DNA from: the human T2T-CHM13v2.0 reference genome, Homo sapiens
NCBI RefSeq assembly: GCF_009914755.1
Contig: NC_060925.1
Length of the DNA stretch: 64,000 nucleotides
Strand: one strand, 5' to 3'
Shown here: positions 52,299 to 64,000 of the stretch, piece by piece
Layout: each line of letters opens with the position of its first letter
Position numbering within the stretch: position 1 is the first letter of the stretch
The notes under the pieces: generated by a model
What the model saw: the letters and a program-made list of their open reading frames with translations, nothing else
Databases searched by the model: none
Told to the model about the DNA's origin: nothing
Position numbers and translations under genes: made by a program

Positions 52299-52633
52299 CA
52301 GTCATGTATCGCTTAATGATGGAAATATGTTCTGAGAAATGCATCGTTAGGTGATTTCATGGTCATGTGAACATCACAGGGTGCAGTTACACAAACCTAC
52401 ACTGTATAGTCTACTATATACCTAGGCTTTATGGCATAGCCTACCGAGCCTACAAACCTGTATAACATGTTACTGTACTGAATACTGTGGCAGTTGCAAC
52501 ACAATGACATTTGTGTATCTAAACACCTCCAAACATAGAAAAAGAATAGTAAAAATATAATATTATAATCTTATGGGACCACTGTTGTTTATGCAGTCCG
52601 TTGTTGACAGAAACGTTATGTGGCACATGATTG
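52299..52633. mobile_element. Tigger3a-like MITE
   Basis: TIR-like ends cagtcatgtatcgcttaatga...atgtggcacatgattg. It is an internally deleted relative of 33998-35171. Confidence 0.88.
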
Positions 52634-52901
52634 TAAGTTCAAGCAAGCTGAGGAGCTTTTCTCCTCCTTTTCTTTTCAGTTGTTTTTCTCTGAGTTTTTA
52701 TTCTCATTGTTAGAAGTGTTGGCATGTTGCATTTGTTGGAAACAGAGAATAGCACTTGCCTTGTGGGAGGTCAGCTTCAGCTTCCCCATCTGAACTTTGA
52801 GAAGCTGCTTTCACATTAGGAAGACTCTATGTAACAAGGATGGGTTCTGGGGCAAGGAAGAGAGTCTTGTCACCTCAGCTGTTTGTTGAATCAGGGGCAG
52901 T

Positions 52902-53095
52902 GGATGCCTCATTTATTCAGTTGACAGCGCCAGGTGCTAGTGACTATAAGGTGATGGGTTCAATTCACAGTGGAGCCAGCTAACTTCACTCTGTTTCACA
53001 AATGGTCCCAAGTTATGCTTCCTATCTGTCAGTTTATAAGGTCACTAATTTGGGGAGCTAGGTTTGGCACTTCAGTACAAACCACTTTCTCAATT
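52902..53095 (+). mobile_element. MamSINE1-like tRNA-headed ancient SINE
   Basis: ttattcagttgacagcgccaggtgctagtgactataaggtgatgggttcaattc...gccagctaacttcactctgttt, a degenerate A/B-box tRNA head plus body. Confidence 0.6.
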
Positions 53096-55643
53096 GGGTC
53101 TCATAACTGAGATGCTAGACACATAATTGGTACTTCACGAATCCATTTGATGAGTATTTGTGGAGCCACTACAATGTACCAGGAACTGTGTTAGGTGCTG
53201 AAAATGCAGATTAAATCAAGACACTCTCTGTACAGTGGATTTGATAAATAGATGAAGAATAGCATTTGTGTGCAGAAACCTAAGAGGGGCTGGCTGGGGA
53301 GAGTAAGAGGCAGTAAAGGGTGTGAGATCAAGGGTGACCATTATAAAGTGGACAAAATGCAATAGACAGGGACCATCCAAAAAGGAGCACTATTTCAAAA
53401 CTCCATTTATCTCAAGGTTTGTGGATTCAAGTAGCTTAGTTTTGCTGAATTCACATTTGGACTATGTGAGTAAGCACCAGAGAGGAAGGTGATGTTTAAC
53501 ACGGGCCTCTGAGATTCTTCCATCCTGGATGTCTCTGGGCTCTGACATTCCTCCCTCAAAATCCTTTTCATGGGAGAGCTTCAGACTGAGTTTTTCCTTT
53601 GTACTCAGTTAAGGGCTTTGTTGATGTGGGAAGAGCATTTGGGTGTTTAACCAGCACCAGGAAAAGCAAATCTGCTTATTAGGTCCACCCAAAACTAGGG
53701 AGGGGGTATCAGTTTGGAAGGCAGCCACATCAATCAACTGAGCAAATTCACATTGCCAACTCTTTATGGATACCTTTCCAGGTATATGGTCCCATCTCTT
53801 CTCTATTCCTCCTAGCTAAGTGCTGGCAAAGTGGTCAGGGAGGTTCACTCACCTAGATCAGCTCTAGCCCTCCTGCATGTGAGGTGGGCATGGAAAGAAT
53901 CAGGGGGTTCAGAGGCAGGTGTGAGTGCAGCATCTTCTGCACAGGGCCCTCTCTGTGTACCCTCATGCCCCCTCATCTTTCATGTGAAGGCACACATTGA
54001 TTTTAAAAGCTGCTAGTCATTGGTCACAGGGGTTGACTTGGCCACTTAGGTACCTATCTCCTTTCCCCCTCTTGCTTCCTGGTGTGCCCTTTCTCAAGAA
54101 GAGTTTCCCTGACAGAGGAATGTTGATCCATGCTAAGATTTCTCTTTGTTCTTTGGGACATATATCCTTTAAAAAGTTTTGTCTCAATAAATAAGAATAC
54201 TATGTTTATGGAGCATATACTACCTGTCTGGTACTGTTTTTGGCAATTCAAATGCATCATTTCATTAAACACTCACCAGATGTTAGTAACTTGTAAGAGC
54301 TGGTAGGTGGAAGAATCAGGATTCAAGCCTGGAATTTCCAACTTCAAGCTCTGTTGCTAACTGCCATCCTATCCTGCCTCCAAATATTTGCAATGCTTTC
54401 ATACACTCAGTCGCTTGCATGGTGGCAGCCAACGTGAAAGGAAGAGCATTGGTCTCAATAACTAACATTTTTTGCTGCTTCAATTTCCTTGATAAGCCCA
54501 AGTCTTTTGTGTAAGAAAATACTTTTCCTTCTTCAGGTCTTTGTGGCTTTCTCTTAAGCCTAATTGTTGGAAAAATACTTTTCTGCCAGAAAAAACAGTT
54601 TCTGATCACTCTGTGGTACCTATTAAATGCACTAGTCCCTTCTTCTCTCCCTCACCTTGCTTTCTCTTCTGTTTCTGGGAGAGGGAGTGGGTGGGGTGCC
54701 ACTGAACATGAAATCCAGGCACACGCTATAACACACACACCCCTCTAGTACCCCACCAACATGCCTGTGAGTGGAACATGGAAAACGGCCCAGGATTAAC
54801 AGCACCATGGGAAGAAATGGGGACCGCAGCTTGGGTGATGCCTTGGGAAGTGCTTGTCGTCCTTCAGAATTAAGTGAGCAGTTGCATACTTTTCATCCAG
54901 CTGGGGAGAACAGCTCCCACTAGAAAAGGCAAAGCAACCTGACTGTGGTATTTACTGGCAACTGGCCTCAGTGACTGCTTTTGATAACATCCACTGGGCC
55001 AAAGTTCTGGATTGTTTTATAGCAAGACTCTGCTCTCACCTCCCAGACACAGGAAGGTCTGAGACATTTCACACCCCTGCTCCCTCCTTAGGGGTCCACA
55101 GCAGTTGTCATCTGGGATGCGTCAGACACTTCACCACAGCCCACAGTACACATTCCAGGGCCACAAGCACGTGGTTCCCTGAGCTCTTTGCTCACTCTAA
55201 CGTGTGAAATGTGTATTGTGGGCTGAAATGTGTACTGCTGGCCATTGGTTCCCATTCCATGTTGATACTCCTTACATGCCTCTGCAGAGGAAGCTGCCAA
55301 CAACTTGGTAGGGATTTTTATGGGGTCGAGGAAGGGACTTTGCCTTCCAAAATACTGTCCAGAAAACATGATGGAATTTCTGTAACAGGAAACAAAATGT
55401 TCAGTTAAGTCTCCAAATGCAAATAATAACAGAAATTCACACTAATATGTCAATAAAAATCACCTGCCTCCATCTCCAAGCAAGAAGGTTCACAGTGGTG
55501 AAGGTCCAGGGTTTACTGGTGGGGCTCACTCACACAATCACAGAATTAAGCCAAGAACTCTGGACATTGAGAATAAGCAACTTGGGCTAACTCTCTTTTT
55601 CCCCTGGTGGGCATCTATTTTCAGCTATTTCTCTGCTTTTCAG

Positions 55644-55662
55644 AGGCCACATTGACAAAAAG
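55644..55662 (+). other. Candidate micro-exon (19 nt, or 38 nt from the upstream acceptor)
   Basis: Branch-like ctaac at 55587, pyrimidine tracts, ttttcAG acceptors at 55624 and 55643, and donor AAG|gtaaga. Confidence 0.25.
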
Positions 55663-56739
55663 GTAAGAATTCTCACCTCTGTCTTCACCTCAATGGACAG
55701 TTGTGTAAAACAGTCTCCTTCCCTTAGTTCCTGGTGAAGATGACTCCACATCCATCCACATTTTTCACCTAGCCTTTCTAGACCTAAAAGCTGGAAAGGC
55801 AGATCAGAAGGACATGTTCTCAATCCAGGGGAGAGGAATGATCAGGCCAGTAGACACCAGCCAGAAATTAGGCTGACTCTAGGCTGCATGGAACACTCCT
55901 AGAGAAGGAAAATAGAACTAATTGGAGGAAAGAATGCTTTCCTGAAGAAAGGCCCCATCTCCCTGAGGGCAACAAAAAAGAAAATTCAGAGAAATACTCA
56001 ACTCCCAGTGAAAACGGACAAGAAGCAACAAAAATGTGAAATAAAAACACTATCATTTTAAAAACAACACAACAATTCCAAGAATACTTTGTGCTTATCA
56101 GCTTTGTCCCAGCCTTTTCCAAGTGGCGTCTCTTCTAATCGTGGCTGGGGCTGATTTCTAATCTGGGGACCACTGCTTTGGGTCAGTGGATTTTTTTTTA
56201 AAAGTTTTAGGTTGAAAGAGAGCAAAAGCTGGCCCCATGCTTTAGTTCCAAGTCCCCAGTGGCTTCTCGGGTCAAATAGCACATCCTCAGAATGTGAAGG
56301 AGCCATTGATTCTGGGACCCAGGGTTTGTCTTCTCTAGCTTTTACAGATAGTAGGTGATAGCCTGTGATATGCCTCTTTGAGTGGGATTCATGCCTTAAA
56401 TCAAGAAGAACACAGGAAGGGAAGTGTTTGTTACTTGGTACAACAAGAACCCATATGGGAGAAGTGAAAAAATAGCAAAGCTCTGTGGAGGAAAATTACG
56501 GTGGATTCTGAGCTTGACTGTCTTGGGCCTGAGGGATTTGAGGTGCTGCCACCGGAAGGATGAGTAGCTCATGCAGGGTTCAGAGGGACTCCTTTCCCTC
56601 TAAGTCAATTAAATTTTCATTCCCAACTCTCATTTGCTTTGCCATTTAAGACTGAATTCAGGTTATACTACCTCTGTGAAGCTTATCCAGAAACCCCAAC
56701 ACACTGTGTGTGTCTGTGTGTTTTTAAAGTTTAAAGCCT

Positions 56740-58140
56740 TTTTAAAAAAATTATAAAATAAAACACAAATATAGAAAACCAAACAAAACAAGTGTAGAGC
56801 TTAATGGATTGTTATAAGGCAAGCACTCGGTTAACCATCAACCAGATAAACAAACAGAACTTGGTCAGCAGAATCAGAAGCCCTCCATGTATTTTGTCCC
56901 AGTTGCAATTTCTGCCTCCCTCCCCATGAAAGTAATATACTGACTTCCACAAAAATCACTTTTCTTTCACCACAACTTTAGTTGTGGTTTTACCACCCAA
57001 ATGACATCCTTAAACACTATAGTTTAGTTTTATCTATTTAAAAATCTTGTGATATATCCTTTCAATCTCTTTAAACCTACAGTTTTCCTTCCAAACTTCT
57101 CTTTTCTGTACAATGTATTTGTTACTCGGGGCATTTGACCTGTAGAGTTTCTTGTAGGCCGGATGTTGCTGATTGGACACTCCTGATGAGATTCAGCATT
57201 TACTCCAGCCTCTGTATTTCCTGCGAACTGGCAGCTGGATTTGGAGGCTTGGTGAAACTCAGAGTCTATCTCTTTGGCAAGGATATGGGTGGCACATTAG
57301 AAAGTATGTAACGTCTGGTCGTCTCTCTTTGTGACTTGGCAGATATTGATTGCTCAATGCCTAGATCCATTAATTTATTGTGGGCTGCAGAATATTATTG
57401 CATATTATTTCTTTTCTACTTATTTGTTGGAATATTTTTGTAAAAAGACTCATCTCTTCATCTATTATTTGATTTATCAGTGTTAACAATTCATATAGGA
57501 AAGGCCAATAAATGCTTGATTCTTTTATTCAATTGTTTTCAAGGTATTGAATGTTTCCTGTTACCCTCCAAAGATTAATTTTTATCTAATTATTATGAAC
57601 TCGTGTATCCATGTGTTCCTATATGTATTCAACATATTTGGTGGGTTTCAAGCCATTGTAATCATTATCTTTATATAGCTCAATTTGTCCCATCTTTGGC
57701 CAATGAGAGCTTCTTTCATTGACATTTGAATCCTTTTCACATGATCCTAGTAGTCTTTAATAGCTTCTTTGCTATCTCATATGACAAGTCAGTCTAGGCT
57801 CATCTTACATATTTTCTGCCCCAAACATGGAATCTGCCATTTCTTCAAGAATCCCTGGTTTCTTTTAATGGGAAATGGTACTTACAAACCGTAATCTAGG
57901 CACAAAGTATGTTTATCCCGATTGTGTTGATCATTGTTTCCAGGTCTTTTCAGTGGGCAGAGCTACAAAATATATATTTTTAGATAAAAAATAAATAACC
58001 TTATGAGCTCATTTTGAAACTTCCAGTACAACTTTTGTGTGATAGGTTTTTACAAGCATAACAGTTTCAGAACATTAATATTAGTAGTACTACCACCAAT
58101 ATGATTACTAAGGGTTACATTTTTAAATTTTCTGTCTGCA
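56740..58140 (-). mobile_element. Old L1 3' fragments (L1ME/L1MC4-5-like)
   Basis: Diverged L1M 3'UTR motifs: gtagagcttaatggattgttataaggc, ctgtatttcctgcgaactggcag and caatttgtcccatctttggccaatgagag. Confidence 0.65.
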
Positions 58141-58184
58141 TTTGTCTCTACTTTTTGTGATTTTTGTTTCAAAAATTTCAAATG

Positions 58185-59200
58185 AACTTTATTTTCTAGA
58201 GGTATTTTACATTAATAGCAAAATTGAGCACAAGGCACAGAGATTTCCTGTATACTCCCTTTCCCCACTTATGTGCCAATTCTCTTACTGTCAGCATTTC
58301 ACCCCAGAGCAAAACATTTGTTACAATTGATGAGCCTACAATGACACATCATTATCACCCAAAGTCCATAGTTTATATTAAGGTTCACTTTTGGTGCTTA
58401 CATTCTATAGATTTTGAAATTCATAATGATATGTATCCACAATTATAATATCCTACAGAATAATTTCACTGCCTTAAAAATTCTCTATGCTCCACCTATT
58501 CATCCTTCCCTCCTTCTAACCCCTGTCCTAACCCCTGACAACCACTTATCTTTTTACTGTATAGTTTTGCCTTTTCTAGAATGTCATATAATTGGGATCA
58601 TACAATATACAGCCTTTTCGGATTGGCTTCTTTCACTTAGTAACAGGCATTTAAGTTTCTTTCATGTCTTTTATGGCTTGGTATCTCATTTCTTTTTTTA
58701 GTACTGAATAATATCCTCTTGTCTGGATTTATCATAGTTTATTTCACTTACTGAGAGATATCTTGGTTGCTGCAAAATTTTGGCAATTGTGAATAAAGCT
58801 GCTATAAGCATCTGTGTGCCCATTTTTGTGTAGATGTAAGTTTTACAGTCACTTGGGTAAATACCAAAAAAATGTAATTGCTGGATTGTATGGTAAGGGT
58901 ATGTTTAGTTTTGTTAGAAACTTCCAAAATGTTTTCCAAAGTGGCTGTATCATCTTGTATTCCTACCATCAGTGAGTGAGTGCCTCTATTGCTCCTCATC
59001 CTCACCAGCATTTGGCATTATCAGTGTTTTGGATTTTAGTCATTTGAATAGGTATGTAGTGGTATCTCATTGCTGTTTTAATTTGTAATTCCTGAATGAT
59101 ATATGATGTTGAACGTCTTTTCGTATGCTTATTTACCATCTCCTCTATCTTCTTTGGTGAGGTTTCTGTTCCAGTCTTTTGCCCATTTTCTAATCTCATT
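58185..59200 (-). mobile_element. L1MC1/2-like 3' end and ORF2 C-terminus
   Basis: Track ORF 59002-59199 contains IQELQIKTAMRYHYIPIQMTKIQNTDNAKCW. The 3'UTR resembles 2921-4430. Confidence 0.85.
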
Positions 59201-59452
59201 GTGTTTTACCTACTTCTGAATATGTGTCATACTTAGGATCAGAGTGGTAAGTAAGTGAAACATCCAGTGAGCCTAAGCTGTATCAACCATAGACTTCTGA
59301 TATTTGATGGAATTTTTGGAACAGGTGGCTAGAATTCTGAAAACAGTAAAGTATGTATTACTTCTGTTTACCTCATATTTGATTTCAATAGAGGGCATTG
59401 GCTATAGATAAAAATGTTTTAGTTCATTCTTTTAAATGATTCCCCTAAAAGC

Positions 59453-59815
59453 TGTGTCTAGTAGTAAGAATAGGTCATGTTATGATGCAGTAACAAGTGT
59501 CAATTCCCAGTGACTTATTTTTTACTTACTTTACATGTCCAAGGTAAGTTGGTGTGGGCTTTATTACCTCAGTCACTGGGCTCCTAGGTTGATGAAGGCT
59601 GTATTATTTTTTGATTATTACTATCTGGAACACATAGTCTTCTTGATCAGAGAGACACCTCAAGAGTTCCACATTGACCTGGCCTGGAAGTGACACACAT
59701 CCTTCCCGTCCATAGCTCATTGACCAGCGCTGGTCATATGGCTGCCTAACGGCAAGAGGGCAGGGAAATGTAGGAAATGAGCTGGATGTTTTGGTGATTC
59801 CGTGGTCTCTGCCAT
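59453..59815 (-). mobile_element. Old MaLR LTR (MLT1I/J-like)
   Basis: ggtcatgttatgatgcagtaacaa...ggcctggaagtgacacacatc...gtctctgccata. Confidence 0.7.
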
Positions 59816-62611
59816 ACTCTATCAGATATTTTGGGCACAATGGTGGTGATGGCAGTGCCCACTTGGAGACTACAGAGTCCAGCAGGAAACGGTGGTATCC
59901 AGATAAATTTAAAAGGATGCCCAGCAGGAGACTTCAGGGATTAGAGGGAAATGAGGACATTTAGTTCCTATCCAAGACTCACACACTTACTACAAGTTCC
60001 ATAATTATTACATAGCTTCATATAAAAGCTAAAATTGTCAACTCTTTAAATTTGTATAGTATAAAAATGTGAGCAAGAGGCTACCAGAAAATATGATTGT
60101 TTTCAAACCTGAATTGTGAATGAAGAAGCCATAGGAACTATTTGGTGACTTGTCATGGCTCTAGAAATACCTGTGTCTTCAAGTCCCAGAAATTATTACT
60201 GGGAAAAGTCATATGTTGTGTTGATAAGTAGGAAAAACAAGCAACATATAAAATTGTATGTACAGTGTGAATACATCTTTATAAAGCAACTAAAATTAAA
60301 ACTAAATACAAAAATAGAATAAAATACAATCAAATATAAGTGGTGGTCATTGTTGGTTGGTGGTATTAAGAGAAATTTTGTTTTTTGTGTGTGTGTTTTT
60401 TATATTTTTTATATTGATAATCAACAGAGAATGAATTTACACAGCAAGCACAGTACACAAATGCTATGCTGTAAAACTGTTCCTGGGGTACGTGGCTCAT
60501 CTAAAACAAGTGCAATAGGTTTCCCATGGTGAGAAAGCCACACTGTCATTTGCTCCTGGCTGGCACAGAGTAGGTGGTCAATAAATATTTGTGAAATGAA
60601 TGGATGATTACATATGTGTGTGTATGAGTATGACTTGGCTTACAAATAAACAAAAGCCTAGCATAGGTGAGGAGTTTTTAATGGAGTGTTACTGAAAAGA
60701 AAAAGCCCAGATTCTCTGCTCTTGGCCCAACATAAGTTGTTACTGGCCTCAGTGCATCCTTACAGGAGGAAGGTCTACACTGGGGAGAGAGGGCTACCTC
60801 CTTTAGTAAGCACTGAGAACCATATGTGCTTTCACTTTGTCCTCCTGATACCTGGGAATAACTCTGGCTACAGATGTTTTTGTCCTTATGGAGTCCTCCA
60901 GGATGGGAACTGGAAAAAAAATGCCAGACATATTTACTTTCTAAAAATCCCACCAGACAGGTTAAATAATTGAAAAATGTCATCCAGTAATATCTTGACT
61001 GGGCCAAGAAAATAACCCAACATTTTATATTCCTTTAAATAGAGATTAGCAATTTTAGGGTGTTCTTTTGCTTTGTTTTTTGGAGGATGGGAGAGGGAAG
61101 TGGTTTAGGGAGGAGGGAAAGAGCCATGGCCATTGGTCCACTTAATTTAGAAAGTCTGAAAAATTGGAGTGGTGAAATGTTAGAGGGAAGAAGCTGAATT
61201 ATCTCCATTGAGACACCTAACTAATACCTATGATGAAAATGAGAAACAGAAACCAATAATAATTACTGGGCTTGCAGGCAGTGTGCAATTTTTCAATATT
61301 AGTAGGGCACTGACTTTTCTGAGTTACTGTAGTTATTTGGTGCTGTGACTTTAAAAGGTTTTTGTAAATTTTGGAGCAAAGACTATTTTATAAAGCTGGA
61401 TCATTTTCCATGCCCCTGATATCTTTTCTGGTTACCACACAGCATCCTTTTACAAGAGTTAGAAGAGGGAAAATATTGAAAATCCAGTCTCAAGAAAGCC
61501 CCTGTCTCTCTCCTTCCAATACTCCAATGTCTGAGTCCTTAGTGATGTAAAATGTGGTTCAAAAAAATATCAGCAAGCATCTGGGTTTCTTGTCTGGAAT
61601 GCGTGTTCCAGGAGAACAGAGACCTTGCATCTAGAGTAATGTCTGGCACACAGAGGAATCCCAGTGTTTATGGTTCACTAAATATACTTTGTTCTCTGCC
61701 ATACCTGTGGTCCTGAATCCAAAAGCTGAAGCTCATGTCCCCACCATGATAAGGAAAACAGATGGTTACTGATATTTTCAGTCCTATTTCTGTGCAACTT
61801 GTTTTATTGTAATGGGACAGTGTCAGGGATGGAGTCTGAGTGGGCCAGGTCAGTAGCAGGAGAGTATAAAGAATCTGTCTGGCACTCCTGCCTAGACTCA
61901 AGAACTCTGGCCCACTAATACAATTGCTCTAGATTGCCAAAATGCAAAGCTAGCACTTTGGACCTTCACTTCAAGAAGGCTTTTCATTTCAATTGATCTC
62001 TTGGCTCAACTGCCAGTTTTGGAACCATGACTAGGATGATTTTATCAGCATCATTTACAAAGATTTAAACAATGACAGATTCCTGGGTTCTTCTTTAGAG
62101 GTTATGATTCTGTATGTATAGGGAGGATGCCCTGAAATTTGTATTTTTAGAAAAGATTCTAATGTGAAATCAGTTTGAAATCAATAGTCTATGTCCTTCT
62201 GTTTGCACTTGGATATTTGCCTGGGGAAAGATGGAGTCACGTGCTCTTGGACCTGATGCCATGTTGGTGAGACACCGGGACCTCGAAAATCCTCTAAATG
62301 GTTTTACAGGAACTTTTACATGAGCCACGGTCATCCTTAAGCAATCTCTATGTTTCCTGGGCACTTTTCTCATCCCATTTAGCTTTTCAAGGGAAGCCTT
62401 TCAATCTCATCTAACTGCTCTCAGGAAGAGAAATCAGTTCTGCATGAAAAAGACAGTTTTTTATTCCTTTATTTCTACCATTAAAATCTACCACCCCACT
62501 TCCTCTCAGGATCATAGTCTCATTGCATATCCTTTCTTGTGACCTTGCTGCATGCTCATACTTTCCTTTGAAGGCTCCAGAATTGGGGGATATGAGGCTT
62601 AAATTGTAAAA

Positions 62612-63192
<581 letters not shown>

Positions 63193-63627
63193 CTATAAGG
63201 ATCCCAGACTCACCTCTGTCTCAAGTATGGGTGAGGAGAGGATGAACACCAGAGAAGTTAAACTATTTCCAAGTTAACAGCTGGGTTATCTGTTCTTAAA
63301 GCCATGGGACAATTATGGAGGTTCAATAAGTAGCTGTTAGACCATCTAGGCAATACCTAATGTAACAGGTCTGGAAACTGCTGGCCTGATCACCTTGCGT
63401 AGGAACTATAGCTGAATATTTTGAGTAGCTTCTGCTATTAAAAAGACTGCAGAATAAGAAGCTTGTGCCAGACTATGGGTCAGGAGCCATCAAAGGTGCT
63501 TTATTTTCAGTAAGAAGACATTGAGGAATCTTTGTTAAGAATCCAGATTGATCTCACAAAACCATTCCAATGGAATATATTCTGATATAAAAAATTCCTT
63601 TTAAAAATTACTTGAATGTAATTTGGA

Positions 63628-63845
63628 GTAAAGGGTAATGGCTAAGATCATAGACTCAGAAGGAGTTGGATAAACCTCAATTTGGTTCCTGGCTCTGCTA
63701 CTTGTTAGTTGTGTGCCCCTGGGCAAGTTACTTAACCTCTCCTTGTTTCAGTTGCCTCATCAGTTAAATGGGGAGAAAAATAGAATCTACCTACTGATGT
63801 CATGAGGACTGAATGAAAGAACATGAAGTATTTGGCAGGGTGCAT
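63628..63845 (+). mobile_element. MIR
   Basis: cctggctctgctacttgttagttgtgtgcccctgggcaagttacttaacctctc...cagttgcctcatc. Confidence 0.8.
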
Positions 63846-64000
63846 TGCAGAATAACAATCACAGCCTCATGATAGTTACTGGCATCACATCAGATCCCAG
63901 ATGTATGTTCAAACAGTGGACTCATTTTTATCTCAGTTGGGTTTGAGAATGTGTCTTAACCATGAGTATTGTGCCACAATGTTCTTGAGACATTGATTAG

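Noticed and set aside
52902-52980. tRNA gene
   Set aside because: It cannot form a proper cloverleaf and is better explained as a SINE head.

Overview
This is primate (probably human) CpG-poor, repeat-dense intronic or intergenic DNA. I see no protein-coding host gene, CpG island, rRNA/tRNA gene or CRISPR array. The long ORFs in the track are decayed LINE-1 fragments or chance ORFs. Bases 1-13.4 kb are a nest of minus-strand LINE-1s: the 5' part of an L1PA7/8-type element, and an old L1MC-type element interrupted by an MST/MLT1A-like LTR and a near-full-length L1PA13-16-type element. The rest is a mosaic of Alus, MaLR LTRs (THE1, MST, MLT1), ERV solo LTRs (MER11, two LTR1-family, LTR16, a MER41-like one), DNA transposons (Tigger3, MER53, Charlie4), ancient L2/MIR/L3(CR1)/MamSINE1 fossils and short unique spacers. 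I found no convincing new biological system. The best leads are a 58-bp polyadenylated LTR-transcript micro-retrocopy with a 13-bp TSD, an open 84-aa ORF0-like frame in an old L1 5'UTR pointing toward candidate plus-strand exons, a pair of LTR1-family LTRs with reciprocal flanks, a long layered CR1 fossil, and several template-switch-like hairpins and duplications. Repeat subfamily names come from recalled consensus sequences, and boundaries without a stated TSD are approximate; both need RepeatMasker/Dfam confirmation.
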